64,000 bases of DNA, taken from IMG/VR virus record IMGVR_UViG_3300022654_000689; one strand, given 5' to 3'. A model generated the notes under the pieces. The model was not told the DNA's origin. It was given only the letters and a program-made list of their open reading frames with translations, and did no database searches. The DNA is from a virus. Its lineage: Duplodnaviria; Caudoviricetes. The position numbers and the translations under genes are program-made. This document shows positions 19,247-28,462 of this stretch, one piece after another. How positions within the stretch are numbered: the first letter of the stretch is position 1; each line of letters opens with the position of its first letter.

Positions 19247-19270
19247 CTATAAAGTTATTCTTTTATTTTA
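19231..19270. terminator. Bidirectional terminator between convergent genes
   Basis: TAAAATAAAAGAATAACT-ATAA-AGTTATTCTTTTATTTTA. Confidence 0.7.
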
Positions 19271-19275
19271 AATAA

Positions 19276-20232
19276 TTAATTACACATTTTTGCAAATGCA
19301 CTATAGGCTCCTACTATTTCTCTTTCACATATAGAATTAAATATAGGATCTGTAACAAGTCCTCCTAAAGCTACTGTACTAAATAACATTCCTAAGAATG
19401 ATGGTAAATAGTCTATAGCTAATGCAAATCCTGTTCCGTACATTCTAACCCAGTTTTCAGTAAAACTACGCATATTTAGACTAAATAAACCTGGAACTCC
19501 TTTAAACGCTGCAAACAATGTATTTATATTTTCATATTTGGTCTTATCGCTACCTAATTCAGCTTCTAATCTTTCTATTTCAGTTTTACTAGTTCCTCCA
19601 ACACATGACATATATGCTATTTCATGTAATGCTTTTTGGTCTAGTTGACATCCTGACATACTTAATAGATAAAATTTAGCAAACATGAATCTTATAAGAT
19701 CTGATTTCATAGCATCATTATCAACCGCATATAATTTTATTAATATTTTAGTAGCTAATTTACTATAAGCTATACTTCCTTGTTTTCTTAAATTATCGTT
19801 ATTGGCAACTACTTCCCATTTTTCGTTAAACATTTCAAGCACTGCTGCATTTTGCATTAAGCAGAATAAAGTTCTAGCATTTACTACTAATTCTTCATCC
19901 CTGTTACCTCTGCAAGGTATACTTGATAAATCTACTACAAAGTATGGTTTAGGGAAACCTGGTTTACGTATACCAACTACATTTAAATATTTAGGTAAAT
20001 TTACAACACCAGGGTTATATACAAATTTTATACGTCCTTGTTGCATTAAATCTGCAACTTTTGAACTAGTAGGGTATTTTAATTTTCTATTTATTTGATC
20101 TATCGCATCTCTTAGAACAGATAATTCAACTGCGTCTCTTCTTAGATCAATTTTAGATATCATTTCTCCCATTTTAGGAGTTTTTATCATCATACTAAAA
20201 ACAAATGAGTCATTTAATGTTCTTCTCGCCAT
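19276..20232 (-). CDS. Hypothetical late protein (probable virion component)
   Basis: 318 aa, GGAGG RBS, late promoter AACA AAACCA TA at 20270-20259. Confidence 0.7.
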   Translation of the reverse strand: MARRTLNDSFVFSMMIKTPKMGEMISKIDLRRDAVELSVLRDAIDQINRKLKYPTSSKVADLMQQGRIKFVYNPGVVNLPKYLNVVGIRKPGFPKPYFVVDLSSIPCRGNRDEELVVNARTLFCLMQNAAVLEMFNEKWEVVANNDNLRKQGSIAYSKLATKILIKLYAVDNDAMKSDLIRFMFAKFYLLSMSGCQLDQKALHEIAYMSCVGGTSKTEIERLEAELGSDKTKYENINTLFAAFKGVPGLFSLNMRSFTENWVRMYGTGFALAIDYLPSFLGMLFSTVALGGLVTDPIFNSICEREIVGAYSAFAKMCN

Positions 20233-20295
20233 CGTATTACCTCCGTTTTCTTAATTCATATGGTTTTGTTTTGATTATATTTACATATTATAAAA

Positions 20296-21381
20296 ATGAG
20301 AAACAAAATGTATAATGGAGGTATGAATATGTATAATTATAAAATTAGCGTGACTGCCGATTGGCATTGGGGTTGTAAAGATGATAATAAATTATTTTAT
20401 GAAGAGTTTCCGTTATATATGCAACATTTAAGAGAAGATAAACCTGATGCTATAATAATATGTGGAGATTGGTATCATAGAATACTTAAACTTACAGAAT
20501 CTCCAAGCAAGTACTCGTTCAATGCAATGTATCAATTAAATGAGTATTCAATAAATCATAAAGTTCCATTAATTATATTAAAAGGAACCAAAACACATGA
20601 TAATAATCAGCTTAACAATCTAGCACGTATTAATAATCCATATTTTAAAATTATTAATACTGTAACAGAAGATATTCTTTTACCAGGGCTTAAAGTTTTG
20701 TATGTTCCAGAAGAATATATTGAAGATGGATATTATGATAAGTACTTTAATGTAGAAGAACATTATTATGACATAATATTTGGGCACGGAATGTTTGATT
20801 TTGCAGGATTTAATAAAGACTCTAAAGAAAGACAACTTAAAAATGCACCAACATTCAAATCTAATCTATTTGATAGAATATCTAGAGTTACATTATTTGG
20901 ACACGTTCATAATAGACAACAGAAAGGTAATGTGTATTATATAGGAAGCTATAGCGCTAATAGCTTTGATGAGATAGGAGATAGAGGTTGGATATTATTA
21001 AACATTACTGATGACGAACATGAAGTAGAATATAAGAATAATGAAAAAGCTCCTAAGTATATAACCGTTAATATTGATAAGATTGAAGGAGAAACTGATA
21101 TAGAAAAAATGTCAGTTATAAATCAGATAAGAGAGGATTATGACTATATAAGAATAATAAGTAATTCTAAAGACGCAGAAGGACTTAAAGCTTTAACAGC
21201 TTCAACTAATATTAAAGTTCAAGTAAAACAACAAACGGAAACCAAACAAGTACCAGAAGAATATAGATTTGTATTGGACGATACAATAGATTTAGATGAA
21301 AAGATAAAACGTTATGCTAAGTTGCAATACGGTATAGATTTAGATAAAGAATTCATACAAACTAACATTAAGGAGGAATAA
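20296..21381 (+). CDS. sbcD: SbcD/Mre11-family metallophosphoesterase nuclease (probable start ATG 20329)
   Basis: DWHWG, GDWYH, GTKTHD, GHG, GHVH, YIGS motifs. Confidence 0.88.
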   Translation: MRNKMYNGGMNMYNYKISVTADWHWGCKDDNKLFYEEFPLYMQHLREDKPDAIIICGDWYHRILKLTESPSKYSFNAMYQLNEYSINHKVPLIILKGTKTHDNNQLNNLARINNPYFKIINTVTEDILLPGLKVLYVPEEYIEDGYYDKYFNVEEHYYDIIFGHGMFDFAGFNKDSKERQLKNAPTFKSNLFDRISRVTLFGHVHNRQQKGNVYYIGSYSANSFDEIGDRGWILLNITDDEHEVEYKNNEKAPKYITVNIDKIEGETDIEKMSVINQIREDYDYIRIISNSKDAEGLKALTASTNIKVQVKQQTETKQVPEEYRFVLDDTIDLDEKIKRYAKLQYGIDLDKEFIQTNIKEE

Positions 21382-21383
21382 AC

Positions 21384-21719
21384 TTGCCTACCGTCAAGGA
21401 GATAAAAGGAGTAAAAAGAATACATTTTAATAATAATCTCACTATAGAATTTGACATAATAGCTTTAGAAAAAGGGGAAGAAGTAGAATCAGTATTATAT
21501 GTTTTATATTATGGATTATTCCATGTGGACAGAATGGAAATTCTTATACAAAATCTACTCCGACGAATTGATAATGATTGGTTGGATGACATGATGTTAT
21601 TTGTCGGAAGTAGACCTAATAGAACATACGGAATAGGTACTGAATATCCATTATTTAATAGTATTATAAAATCCATCAAAGATAATAGAGATAGATTTAT
21701 AATTGAAGCTAGTTTATAA
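21384..21719 (+). CDS. Small hypothetical protein
   Basis: 111 aa, TTG start after AAGGAGG; C-terminus IIEASL resembles that of the paralogue array. Confidence 0.65.
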   Translation: MPTVKEIKGVKRIHFNNNLTIEFDIIALEKGEEVESVLYVLYYGLFHVDRMEILIQNLLRRIDNDWLDDMMLFVGSRPNRTYGIGTEYPLFNSIIKSIKDNRDRFIIEASL

Positions 21720-21722
21720 TTG

Positions 21723-21761
21723 CATATTATATTTTTGTAGTAAAAATTTAACATATAGTTA
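21723..21761 (+). promoter_or_regulatory. Tandem early-type (CATATTATA) and late-type (AACA TATAGT TA) motifs upstream of the helicase
   Basis: Motifs at 21723-21731 and 21750-21761. Confidence 0.55.
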
Positions 21762-21783
21762 ACTATGAGGAGAGTGATATTAA

Positions 21784-23454
21784 ATGGCATTGAAAAAGAG
21801 AGGAGAAAACAAGTATAAGTTTGATTTAAATTCTAATCATTTAGATCTGATGCTTGCATATTGCTATAGTGGCAATGAGAATATCACAATGAGAGGAATA
21901 ATGAATTTAAAGAATTTCGTAGATATGGTTGATGAAAAACAATATGAAAATGACTATGGAATGAATTTAAGAATAATTATGCTTAAATTTACGTTAGATG
22001 CAGTAGTATCTAATGGAATAAGAGAGTATGAATTAATAAGAGGCCATGTAGAGAATAATTTAACAGATCAAAACATGAAATCTGACATGGATATTATACT
22101 TGAAAGTATAGAGGAATTTGGTGAGTTATCTAATAGTGACATACAATTTATAAATGATTATGTATCAGATAGACTAACTAATTTATATCTTTATAAGTAT
22201 GAGGCTCCATTAAATGAATGCTTAGAAAGACTTAAAACAGGTAATACTAGTATTAAAGAACTTAATGAAAGATTTGATACGTTAATAACTGAATTGTATA
22301 CCAATATTAAACACGCAAGAAGTACTAAGAGCAATATGGGAAGTAGCGATTTCTCATTTAGAAACGAAAGATCATTCACTGAAGTTACAAACAGAACTAT
22401 CAAACAATTAAACAAACCTTCTAACTTTATTAAAACTGGTATTAAAGAATTGAATAACATGTTAGGTGGAGGATGGGAAAGTGGTAGATGCTACGTGCTC
22501 CTTGGTCTTCCTAAACGTTTTAAAAGTGGTTCACTTCTTAATGCAGCTATATGGGGTGCTAAGTATAATAAAGACGTTGTAACCAAAGATCCAACTAAAA
22601 AACCTGCAGTTGTTTATATAAGTATGGAAAACAGTTCTGAAGAAACATTAGAACGTATATTTCACTATGCAAGTGGAGAAAGCATTAAGAAGTATACAAC
22701 GAGACAGGCACAAGATCTAATACTAGAAGAACTTACTATTGAAGGCAGTGAAACAGATTTAGTTATATGGTATAGACCTAATAGGAGTATAAGTACAATG
22801 GATCTTGATGCATTATTAGATGATTTAGCTATAGAAGGATTAGAGTGTATAATGCTAGTACAAGACTATATAGCTCGTATTAAACCTTCTGAATATACTG
22901 GTGATACTCGTATAGATTATGGGACAGTTGTTAACGATTTCACTGTCTGCGCTAAAAGTAGGAATATACCTGTATTAACGGCAGGACAGTTGAATAGGGA
23001 AGCTTTAAGAAAATTAGAAAATGGAATAGACAATAATAATTCCGACTTAGCTAAGAAGATAGGTTCTGCAGAAGTTGGTGAATCACAATTAATTATAAAC
23101 AACTGTGATATGGCAATAGTAGTTAATAAAGAAGCAAGTGCTACACTTAATAAAAATTTCTTAACATTTAAATGTGTTGCTTGTAGATATAAAGATGTAG
23201 AGAAACCATATTTTGCACATCCATTTGTAGATGGTAATGGTATGAGATTAGAAGAAGATTTAAGAATGACTAAGTCTATGTCAACAGCAACAATAAGTGA
23301 AAAACTTAATAAGTTTGATCCTAATATAAACCAAAGTGTAAATCCACGTTTTGGTGGAAAATCACAAAGTGTAAATGCGCAAATGAGTAAACGTAATTTA
23401 GGACAAGATGTAGATGCATTAAATCCAAATGATGATGACTTTGCGAATATATAA
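21784..23454 (+). CDS. dnaB: DnaB-like replicative helicase (SF4)
   Basis: IKTGIKELNNMLGGG, variant Walker A GLPKRFKS, YISMEN, VQDYI, TAGQLNR, ES..I..CD. Confidence 0.9.
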   Translation: MALKKRGENKYKFDLNSNHLDLMLAYCYSGNENITMRGIMNLKNFVDMVDEKQYENDYGMNLRIIMLKFTLDAVVSNGIREYELIRGHVENNLTDQNMKSDMDIILESIEEFGELSNSDIQFINDYVSDRLTNLYLYKYEAPLNECLERLKTGNTSIKELNERFDTLITELYTNIKHARSTKSNMGSSDFSFRNERSFTEVTNRTIKQLNKPSNFIKTGIKELNNMLGGGWESGRCYVLLGLPKRFKSGSLLNAAIWGAKYNKDVVTKDPTKKPAVVYISMENSSEETLERIFHYASGESIKKYTTRQAQDLILEELTIEGSETDLVIWYRPNRSISTMDLDALLDDLAIEGLECIMLVQDYIARIKPSEYTGDTRIDYGTVVNDFTVCAKSRNIPVLTAGQLNREALRKLENGIDNNNSDLAKKIGSAEVGESQLIINNCDMAIVVNKEASATLNKNFLTFKCVACRYKDVEKPYFAHPFVDGNGMRLEEDLRMTKSMSTATISEKLNKFDPNINQSVNPRFGGKSQSVNAQMSKRNLGQDVDALNPNDDDFANI

Positions 23455-23483
23455 GAGAATAGTTTAATAAAACTATTCTCTTA
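23452..23483 (+). terminator. Hairpin terminator
   Basis: TAAGAGAATAGTTT...AAACTATTCTCTTA. Confidence 0.6.
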
Positions 23484-23511
23484 ATTAAATTTAAATTAGA
23501 GGAGGCAATTT

Positions 23512-23898
23512 ATGAGAATTAAACTTGGAGTTTGTAAGTGTGCAACTGCTAAAGTGCGTGAACATAATACACCAATTATAATAAACATTAGTGACAATAT
23601 CATAATTAAAGATGACAAAGAATATAGAGGAGATGTAACTTTAATATGTTCTACTATAGATACTCATGTTATAAAAAATCCCGTTAGTTCAGGTTCAGTA
23701 TTTACTAATTTTGCAGCATTTAGAATTATATTTGGAGAGGAAACACACACGTTATCAAATGTGATATTAACAGATAACACAGCTTATGGAAGTAAAGAAC
23801 AATTAAAAACATTAGAAGAGGATAAACTTATAATTGAAGATATAGTACGATTTCTAGAAACCTATAAAGAAAGAATTAATATAGATATTTTAATTTAA
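23512..23898 (+). CDS. Small hypothetical protein, paralogue of 23916..24254
   Basis: MRIKLG..., FAAFRI, C-terminus KERINIDILI. Confidence 0.75.
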   Translation: MRIKLGVCKCATAKVREHNTPIIINISDNIIIKDDKEYRGDVTLICSTIDTHVIKNPVSSGSVFTNFAAFRIIFGEETHTLSNVILTDNTAYGSKEQLKTLEEDKLIIEDIVRFLETYKERINIDILI

Positions 23899-23915
23899 AT
23901 TAGAGGAGGTAATTT

Positions 23916-24254
23916 ATGAAAATTAAATTTGGAACATATGCCTATGCTGAAAAAGCTAAAGGAGATAATTTTAAATTATATATAGACCATTGTGATGTAT
24001 GGATTAAAGATGAGGAGATACATGATGAACAAGTATCTATATTATGTATGCCATCGTGTTTTGTAGACGATGATTCTTCTTTTGCGGAATTCAGAATATA
24101 TGTCATGCATTACTGTATTCCTTTATTAGTTTTTCATACAGGTGGTATTGTAAGTAATAGAAAGCTATGGAATGAAACTAGAGAATTAACAAAACAAATT
24201 ACAGAATTTATAGAAAAACATAAAGAAAAAATTGATATAGATGTACAAATTTAA
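23916..24254 (+). CDS. Small hypothetical protein, paralogue of 23512..23898
   Basis: MKIKFG..., FAEFRI, C-terminus KEKIDIDVQI; duplicated leader ATTTAAATTAGAGGAGGYAATTTATG. Confidence 0.75.
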   Translation: MKIKFGTYAYAEKAKGDNFKLYIDHCDVWIKDEEIHDEQVSILCMPSCFVDDDSSFAEFRIYVMHYCIPLLVFHTGGIVSNRKLWNETRELTKQITEFIEKHKEKIDIDVQI

Positions 24255-24275
24255 TTAAATCAGGAGGCGTAACTA

Positions 24276-25521
24276 ATGGCGATAACTTTAACACCTAAAC
24301 AAGAGAAAGCTAAAAAAATGATATATGATTGGTATAATGGTAATTACACAAGCAGATATCCTGACTCTAATGTATTTGTATTAGCTGGAATAGCTGGATC
24401 CGGTAAATCAACAATGTTATTTGAAGCTATAAATGAATTAGGTTTAACAATAGGAAAAGATGTATTATTTTGTACATTTACTGGAATGGCTGCATCGGTG
24501 TTAAGTAGAAAGAAGTGTCCGGCAGCAACTATTCATAGAACAATTTATAATATTGCAAAAATTAAAGATAATAAAACTAAAAAGTATAAGTATGTATATA
24601 GATTAAAAACTAAAGATGAATTAGACGGAGTAAAGTTAATAGTAAATGATGAAGCTTCTATGACTCCTCCTAATATTCTTGAACAACTAAGGAGTTTTGG
24701 GATAAAATTATTAACAGTAGGTGATCCCTGAACAGCTACCTCCGATAACGGGTTCTAATGACTTATTCGACTATATGGACGTATTTTTAGATGAACCTCA
24801 TAGACAAGCTTTAGACAATCCAATATTCTGGTTAGCTAATGAGATTCGTTTAGGAAATTATGTGGATTACGGGAGGTATGGAGGAAATGTACAAATTGTT
24901 CCGAAACTTTCTGTCTCCGAGGATAATCTTGTTAAGCTTATTAAAACTGCCGATCAAGTTATGGTTGCTAAAAACAAGACGGCTAAGTATATTAATGATT
25001 TATATAGGGCTAGGGTGTTGGATATATATCCCGAAGATAATAGACCTCTACCAACAGTGGGAGAGAAATTAATGTGTGTAAAGAACAACTGGGGAAATTC
25101 TGTTAAATTAGAAAATGGTGCTGAGATATTTTTAGTAAATGGAATAATTGGATACATGGATGGATTAGTAGAATCTCATAAAAAAGCTAATGTTAGTAAT
25201 ATAGTATTTAGACCTGAATTTTCAGATAACCCTTATGACCCGATTATGATGGATAATATTCCATTTATAGACCCTAAAGTAGATCCTAAAGGAGATAATA
25301 TATTAGATATCCATCCTGAGTTACAATTACATCGTCATGATGAAGCTTATAGTAATTTAGATTATTTCATGTTTGCATATGCATGTACTGTGCATAAGTT
25401 ACAAGGTAGCAGTATGAAAAAAGGTTTGTTAATAGAAGAAATCCTTAATAAAAAATGGCATAAAAATTTATTATATACTGCAGTGACTAGAGCAGAAGAA
25501 AAATTAATAATATTAAGATAA
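24276..25521 (+). CDS. RecD/Dda-like SF1B helicase split by a +1 frameshift at CCC-TGA (24726-24731); fused product about 414 aa
   Basis: Frame 1: GIAGSGKS, TIHR, DEASM, VGDP. Frame +1: EQLPPI, HRQ, FAYACTVHKLQGS, LYTAVTRA. The conserved GDPxQLPP motif spans the shift. Confidence 0.85.
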
Positions 25522-25533
25522 TGGAGGATTTAC

Positions 25534-27003
25534 ATGAGAAAAAGCGGAATATTATTACCAATAACAAGTTTACCATCTAAGTATGGAATAGGAAGATTAT
25601 CTAAAGAAGCCTTTCAATTTATAGACCAACTTAAAAATGCCAAACAAAAAATTTGGCAGATATTACCACTAGTTCCAATTGGTGGCGGTGATTCTCCCTA
25701 TCAATCATATTCGACATTTGCAGGAAATCCGTTATTAATAGATCTAGATCAATTAATTACAGAAGGGTTATTAGAACAATACGAGGTTGATAGTATTAAT
25801 TGGGGAGATAGCATAGATTTTGTAGATTATGATAAAGTTCGTAATGGAATGAATATAGTATTATATAAAGCATTTAAACGATTTAAGCCTATACTAAATC
25901 CAGATTATTTCACATTCTGTAAGAAAAATGAGTATTGGCTAGAAGATTTCTCATTATATATGTCAATTAAAGATGAAAATGATGGAAAAATGTGGTGTGA
26001 TTGGGAAGATTATAGATTAAAAATGAGATATCCTGATGCAGTTAATGCAGCAAAACTTAGATTAGGAAACAGAATGGATTATTATAAGTTCCAACAATAC
26101 AAATTTTATCAACAATGGTTGCTTATTAAAACATATGCAAATTTATCAGATATAGAGATATTTGGAGACCTACCTATATATGTATCACTAGACAGTTCAG
26201 ATGTATGGTGTCATCAACAATTATTTAAATTATGGGAAGGAAAACCTACTGAAGTAGCAGGATGTCCACCTGATGATTTTGCAGAGGATGGACAACTTTG
26301 GAATAACCCATTATATTATTGGCCAAATCATAAAATGACAAATTATAGTTGGTGGGTTGATAGAATAAAACATTGCTTTGAGTTGTATGATATTGTAAGA
26401 TTAGACCATTTTAGAGGATTTGATGAATGCTATTCAATACCATATGGTGAAACAACCGCTAGATATGGATACTGGAAGAAAGGACCAGGAATGGAACTAT
26501 TTAATGAGGTAAAAAGAAAATTAGGTAATGTTAAACTAATTGCTGAAGATTTAGGATTAATGACTGACGGAGTTAGACAATTACTAAAAGATAGCGGTTT
26601 CCCTGGAATGAAAGTGCTTCAATTCGCTTTTGGTTATGGAGATAAGAACGAACAGATACCAGCTAATTACGAAACTACAAACTGTGTAGCGTATACAGGA
26701 ACTCATGATAACAATACTTTAAAAGGTTGGTGGGAAACCGCATCAAATGATGAAAAAGAATTATGTAAGAGTTATTTCGAACATCACAATGATATATATT
26801 GGGAAATGATAAAACTTGTAATGACTAGTAAAGCTGATACTTGTATAATTCCAATGCAAGATTATTTAGGTTTAGACGAACATGCTAGAATGAACACACC
26901 AGGAACGGTAGGTATTAACTGGAAGTGGCGAATGAAACCTGAAGCGTTCCGCAAAGACTTAATAAAACGTATAAGACTACTAACAGAATTTAGTAATAGA
27001 TAA
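25534..27003 (+). CDS. malQ: 4-alpha-glucanotransferase (amylomaltase, GH77)
   Basis: SGILLPITSLP, WQILPL, SPYQS.S.FAGN, GDLPIYV, RLDHFRGF, IAEDLG, YTGTHDN, RMNTPG..NWKWR; catalytic D/E/D intact. Confidence 0.96.
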   Translation: MRKSGILLPITSLPSKYGIGRLSKEAFQFIDQLKNAKQKIWQILPLVPIGGGDSPYQSYSTFAGNPLLIDLDQLITEGLLEQYEVDSINWGDSIDFVDYDKVRNGMNIVLYKAFKRFKPILNPDYFTFCKKNEYWLEDFSLYMSIKDENDGKMWCDWEDYRLKMRYPDAVNAAKLRLGNRMDYYKFQQYKFYQQWLLIKTYANLSDIEIFGDLPIYVSLDSSDVWCHQQLFKLWEGKPTEVAGCPPDDFAEDGQLWNNPLYYWPNHKMTNYSWWVDRIKHCFELYDIVRLDHFRGFDECYSIPYGETTARYGYWKKGPGMELFNEVKRKLGNVKLIAEDLGLMTDGVRQLLKDSGFPGMKVLQFAFGYGDKNEQIPANYETTNCVAYTGTHDNNTLKGWWETASNDEKELCKSYFEHHNDIYWEMIKLVMTSKADTCIIPMQDYLGLDEHARMNTPGTVGINWKWRMKPEAFRKDLIKRIRLLTEFSNR

Positions 27004-27008
27004 GAATG

Positions 27009-27039
27009 AAAGAGAGGAATTATGTTCCTCTCTTTTTTT
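27009..27039 (+). terminator. Intrinsic terminator after malQ
   Basis: AAAGAGAGGAA-TTATG-TTCCTCTCTTT followed by a T-run. Confidence 0.75.
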
Positions 27040-27054
27040 GTGAAAAATTTGAAT

Positions 27055-27066
27055 AACAACTTTATA
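27055..27066 (+). promoter_or_regulatory. Late promoter AACA-N6-TA
   Basis: AACA ACTTTA TA. Confidence 0.65.
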
Positions 27067-27089
27067 TTACGCAACTTAGGGGGATTTAT

Positions 27090-27263
27090 ATGAAAAATGA
27101 AGAAAGCCTATTTAATGAAGATTTTAATTTAAAAGAATCATTAAAATTAGATTTTGAATATACTGATGATGAATTATTCGTTGAACCTTATCAAAAATAT
27201 TTAGATAAATTAAAGGCTCAAGGTAAACTACAAGGACATAATAAATCTACTAAGAAAAAATAG
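27090..27263 (+). CDS. 57-aa late protein (MKNEESLFNEDFNLKE...)
   Basis: Below ORF-track cutoff; AGGGGG RBS, directly after a late promoter. Confidence 0.6.
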   Translation: MKNEESLFNEDFNLKESLKLDFEYTDDELFVEPYQKYLDKLKAQGKLQGHNKSTKKK

Positions 27264-27274
27264 GAGGGAACTTA

Positions 27275-27658
27275 ATGAAATTAGAAGCTGTTAAAAGTTT
27301 TATGGAAGACCCTAATAAATGGCAAAATTTTGAATATATGATTACATCTGCGAACGGAAAATTCCCAGCTAACAGTATAATGGGATTTAAGCGTAAACGT
27401 AAGTTTATAGATCCAAATAAAGAAACTATATTTAACAATCCAAGAAACGGAATATATGAAAATAACTGGTATTTTACATACGATGAAAATGACGAACCTA
27501 GTTTAGGAACTTTAGAATTTGACGAAGGATTAGAAATATTAAGATTTCAAGAAAAATCAACAAGCCGTATAATAGAATATGATATAAGTCAAATATTATT
27601 AATAGCATACAGAGAAGTAGATTCACCAAACTATCCAGGTTTAGCAGCTAATATATAA
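27275..27658 (+). CDS. Hypothetical late protein
   Basis: 127 aa, AGGAGG RBS. Confidence 0.7.
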   Translation: MKLEAVKSFMEDPNKWQNFEYMITSANGKFPANSIMGFKRKRKFIDPNKETIFNNPRNGIYENNWYFTYDENDEPSLGTLEFDEGLEILRFQEKSTSRIIEYDISQILLIAYREVDSPNYPGLAANI

Positions 27659-27670
27659 AGGAGGATAACT

Positions 27671-28429
27671 ATGAAATATTTAGATAAAGACTATAAAAAG
27701 AAATTTATAGATAATGATCAATTATATAAAGAAGATGTATATATACCTGATAACTCACAAGTTGGATTCTGTGAAAATTTTAGTAGAGATTGCATGATAA
27801 CTATACCAGAAAAAGAGCAACCAATGGTTATGCTGGAAGATGTTTCGGATTTTTCACAAGGAAGAGTATTGTCTGAAAATTCATTATTTACAGGATCATA
27901 CAAATTTGCTAAGGATGTATTATTAGAACAAAGAAAAGGACAATTTGACCAAATGTGTGATGATTTAGCATTTGCTGTTAGAGAAAATTGTTTAGATGCA
28001 TTTATGGAGGATTATGAATTAATAAGAGGGTATATAGATGACTGTTATGCTTTAAAATTAATGGAAGCTGAAGAACCTTCTGTTAATGCTTGTATAAAAT
28101 ATTACGAGCATTTAATAAATGCAGTTAATAATAATGAATTACTTAATGAATGGAAAGCTGATAAATTTATAATAGAAGAATGTATAAAAAATAGTGCAAA
28201 ATTAGATGCTGTTAAAGATAAATTCTGCCCACCAAGTACTAAAGGTTGTCAAAAACATATAGAGGCTACTGGAGTTCCTGGATGTGTTGGAAGTCAAAAG
28301 GCAGATGGATTGAAAAAAGATGTTGATAGATCTGGAGTTGTTAAAACTCCATTGTTAGAACCAGATACTCAATTAGTAACTATAGAAGACAGAAGTCTTG
28401 AAGAAAATATATGGGATATAGATATGTAA
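27671..28429 (+). CDS. Acidic hypothetical late protein (possible internal head protein)
   Basis: 252 aa, many hydrophobic-X-E motifs. Confidence 0.6.
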   Translation: MKYLDKDYKKKFIDNDQLYKEDVYIPDNSQVGFCENFSRDCMITIPEKEQPMVMLEDVSDFSQGRVLSENSLFTGSYKFAKDVLLEQRKGQFDQMCDDLAFAVRENCLDAFMEDYELIRGYIDDCYALKLMEAEEPSVNACIKYYEHLINAVNNNELLNEWKADKFIIEECIKNSAKLDAVKDKFCPPSTKGCQKHIEATGVPGCVGSQKADGLKKDVDRSGVVKTPLLEPDTQLVTIEDRSLEENIWDIDM

Positions 28430-28462
28430 AAAAAGAATGACTATTATAGTCATTCTTTTTTT
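28428..28462. terminator. Bidirectional terminator
   Basis: AAAAAAGAATGACTAT-T-ATAGTCATTCTTTTTT between convergent genes. Confidence 0.75.
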
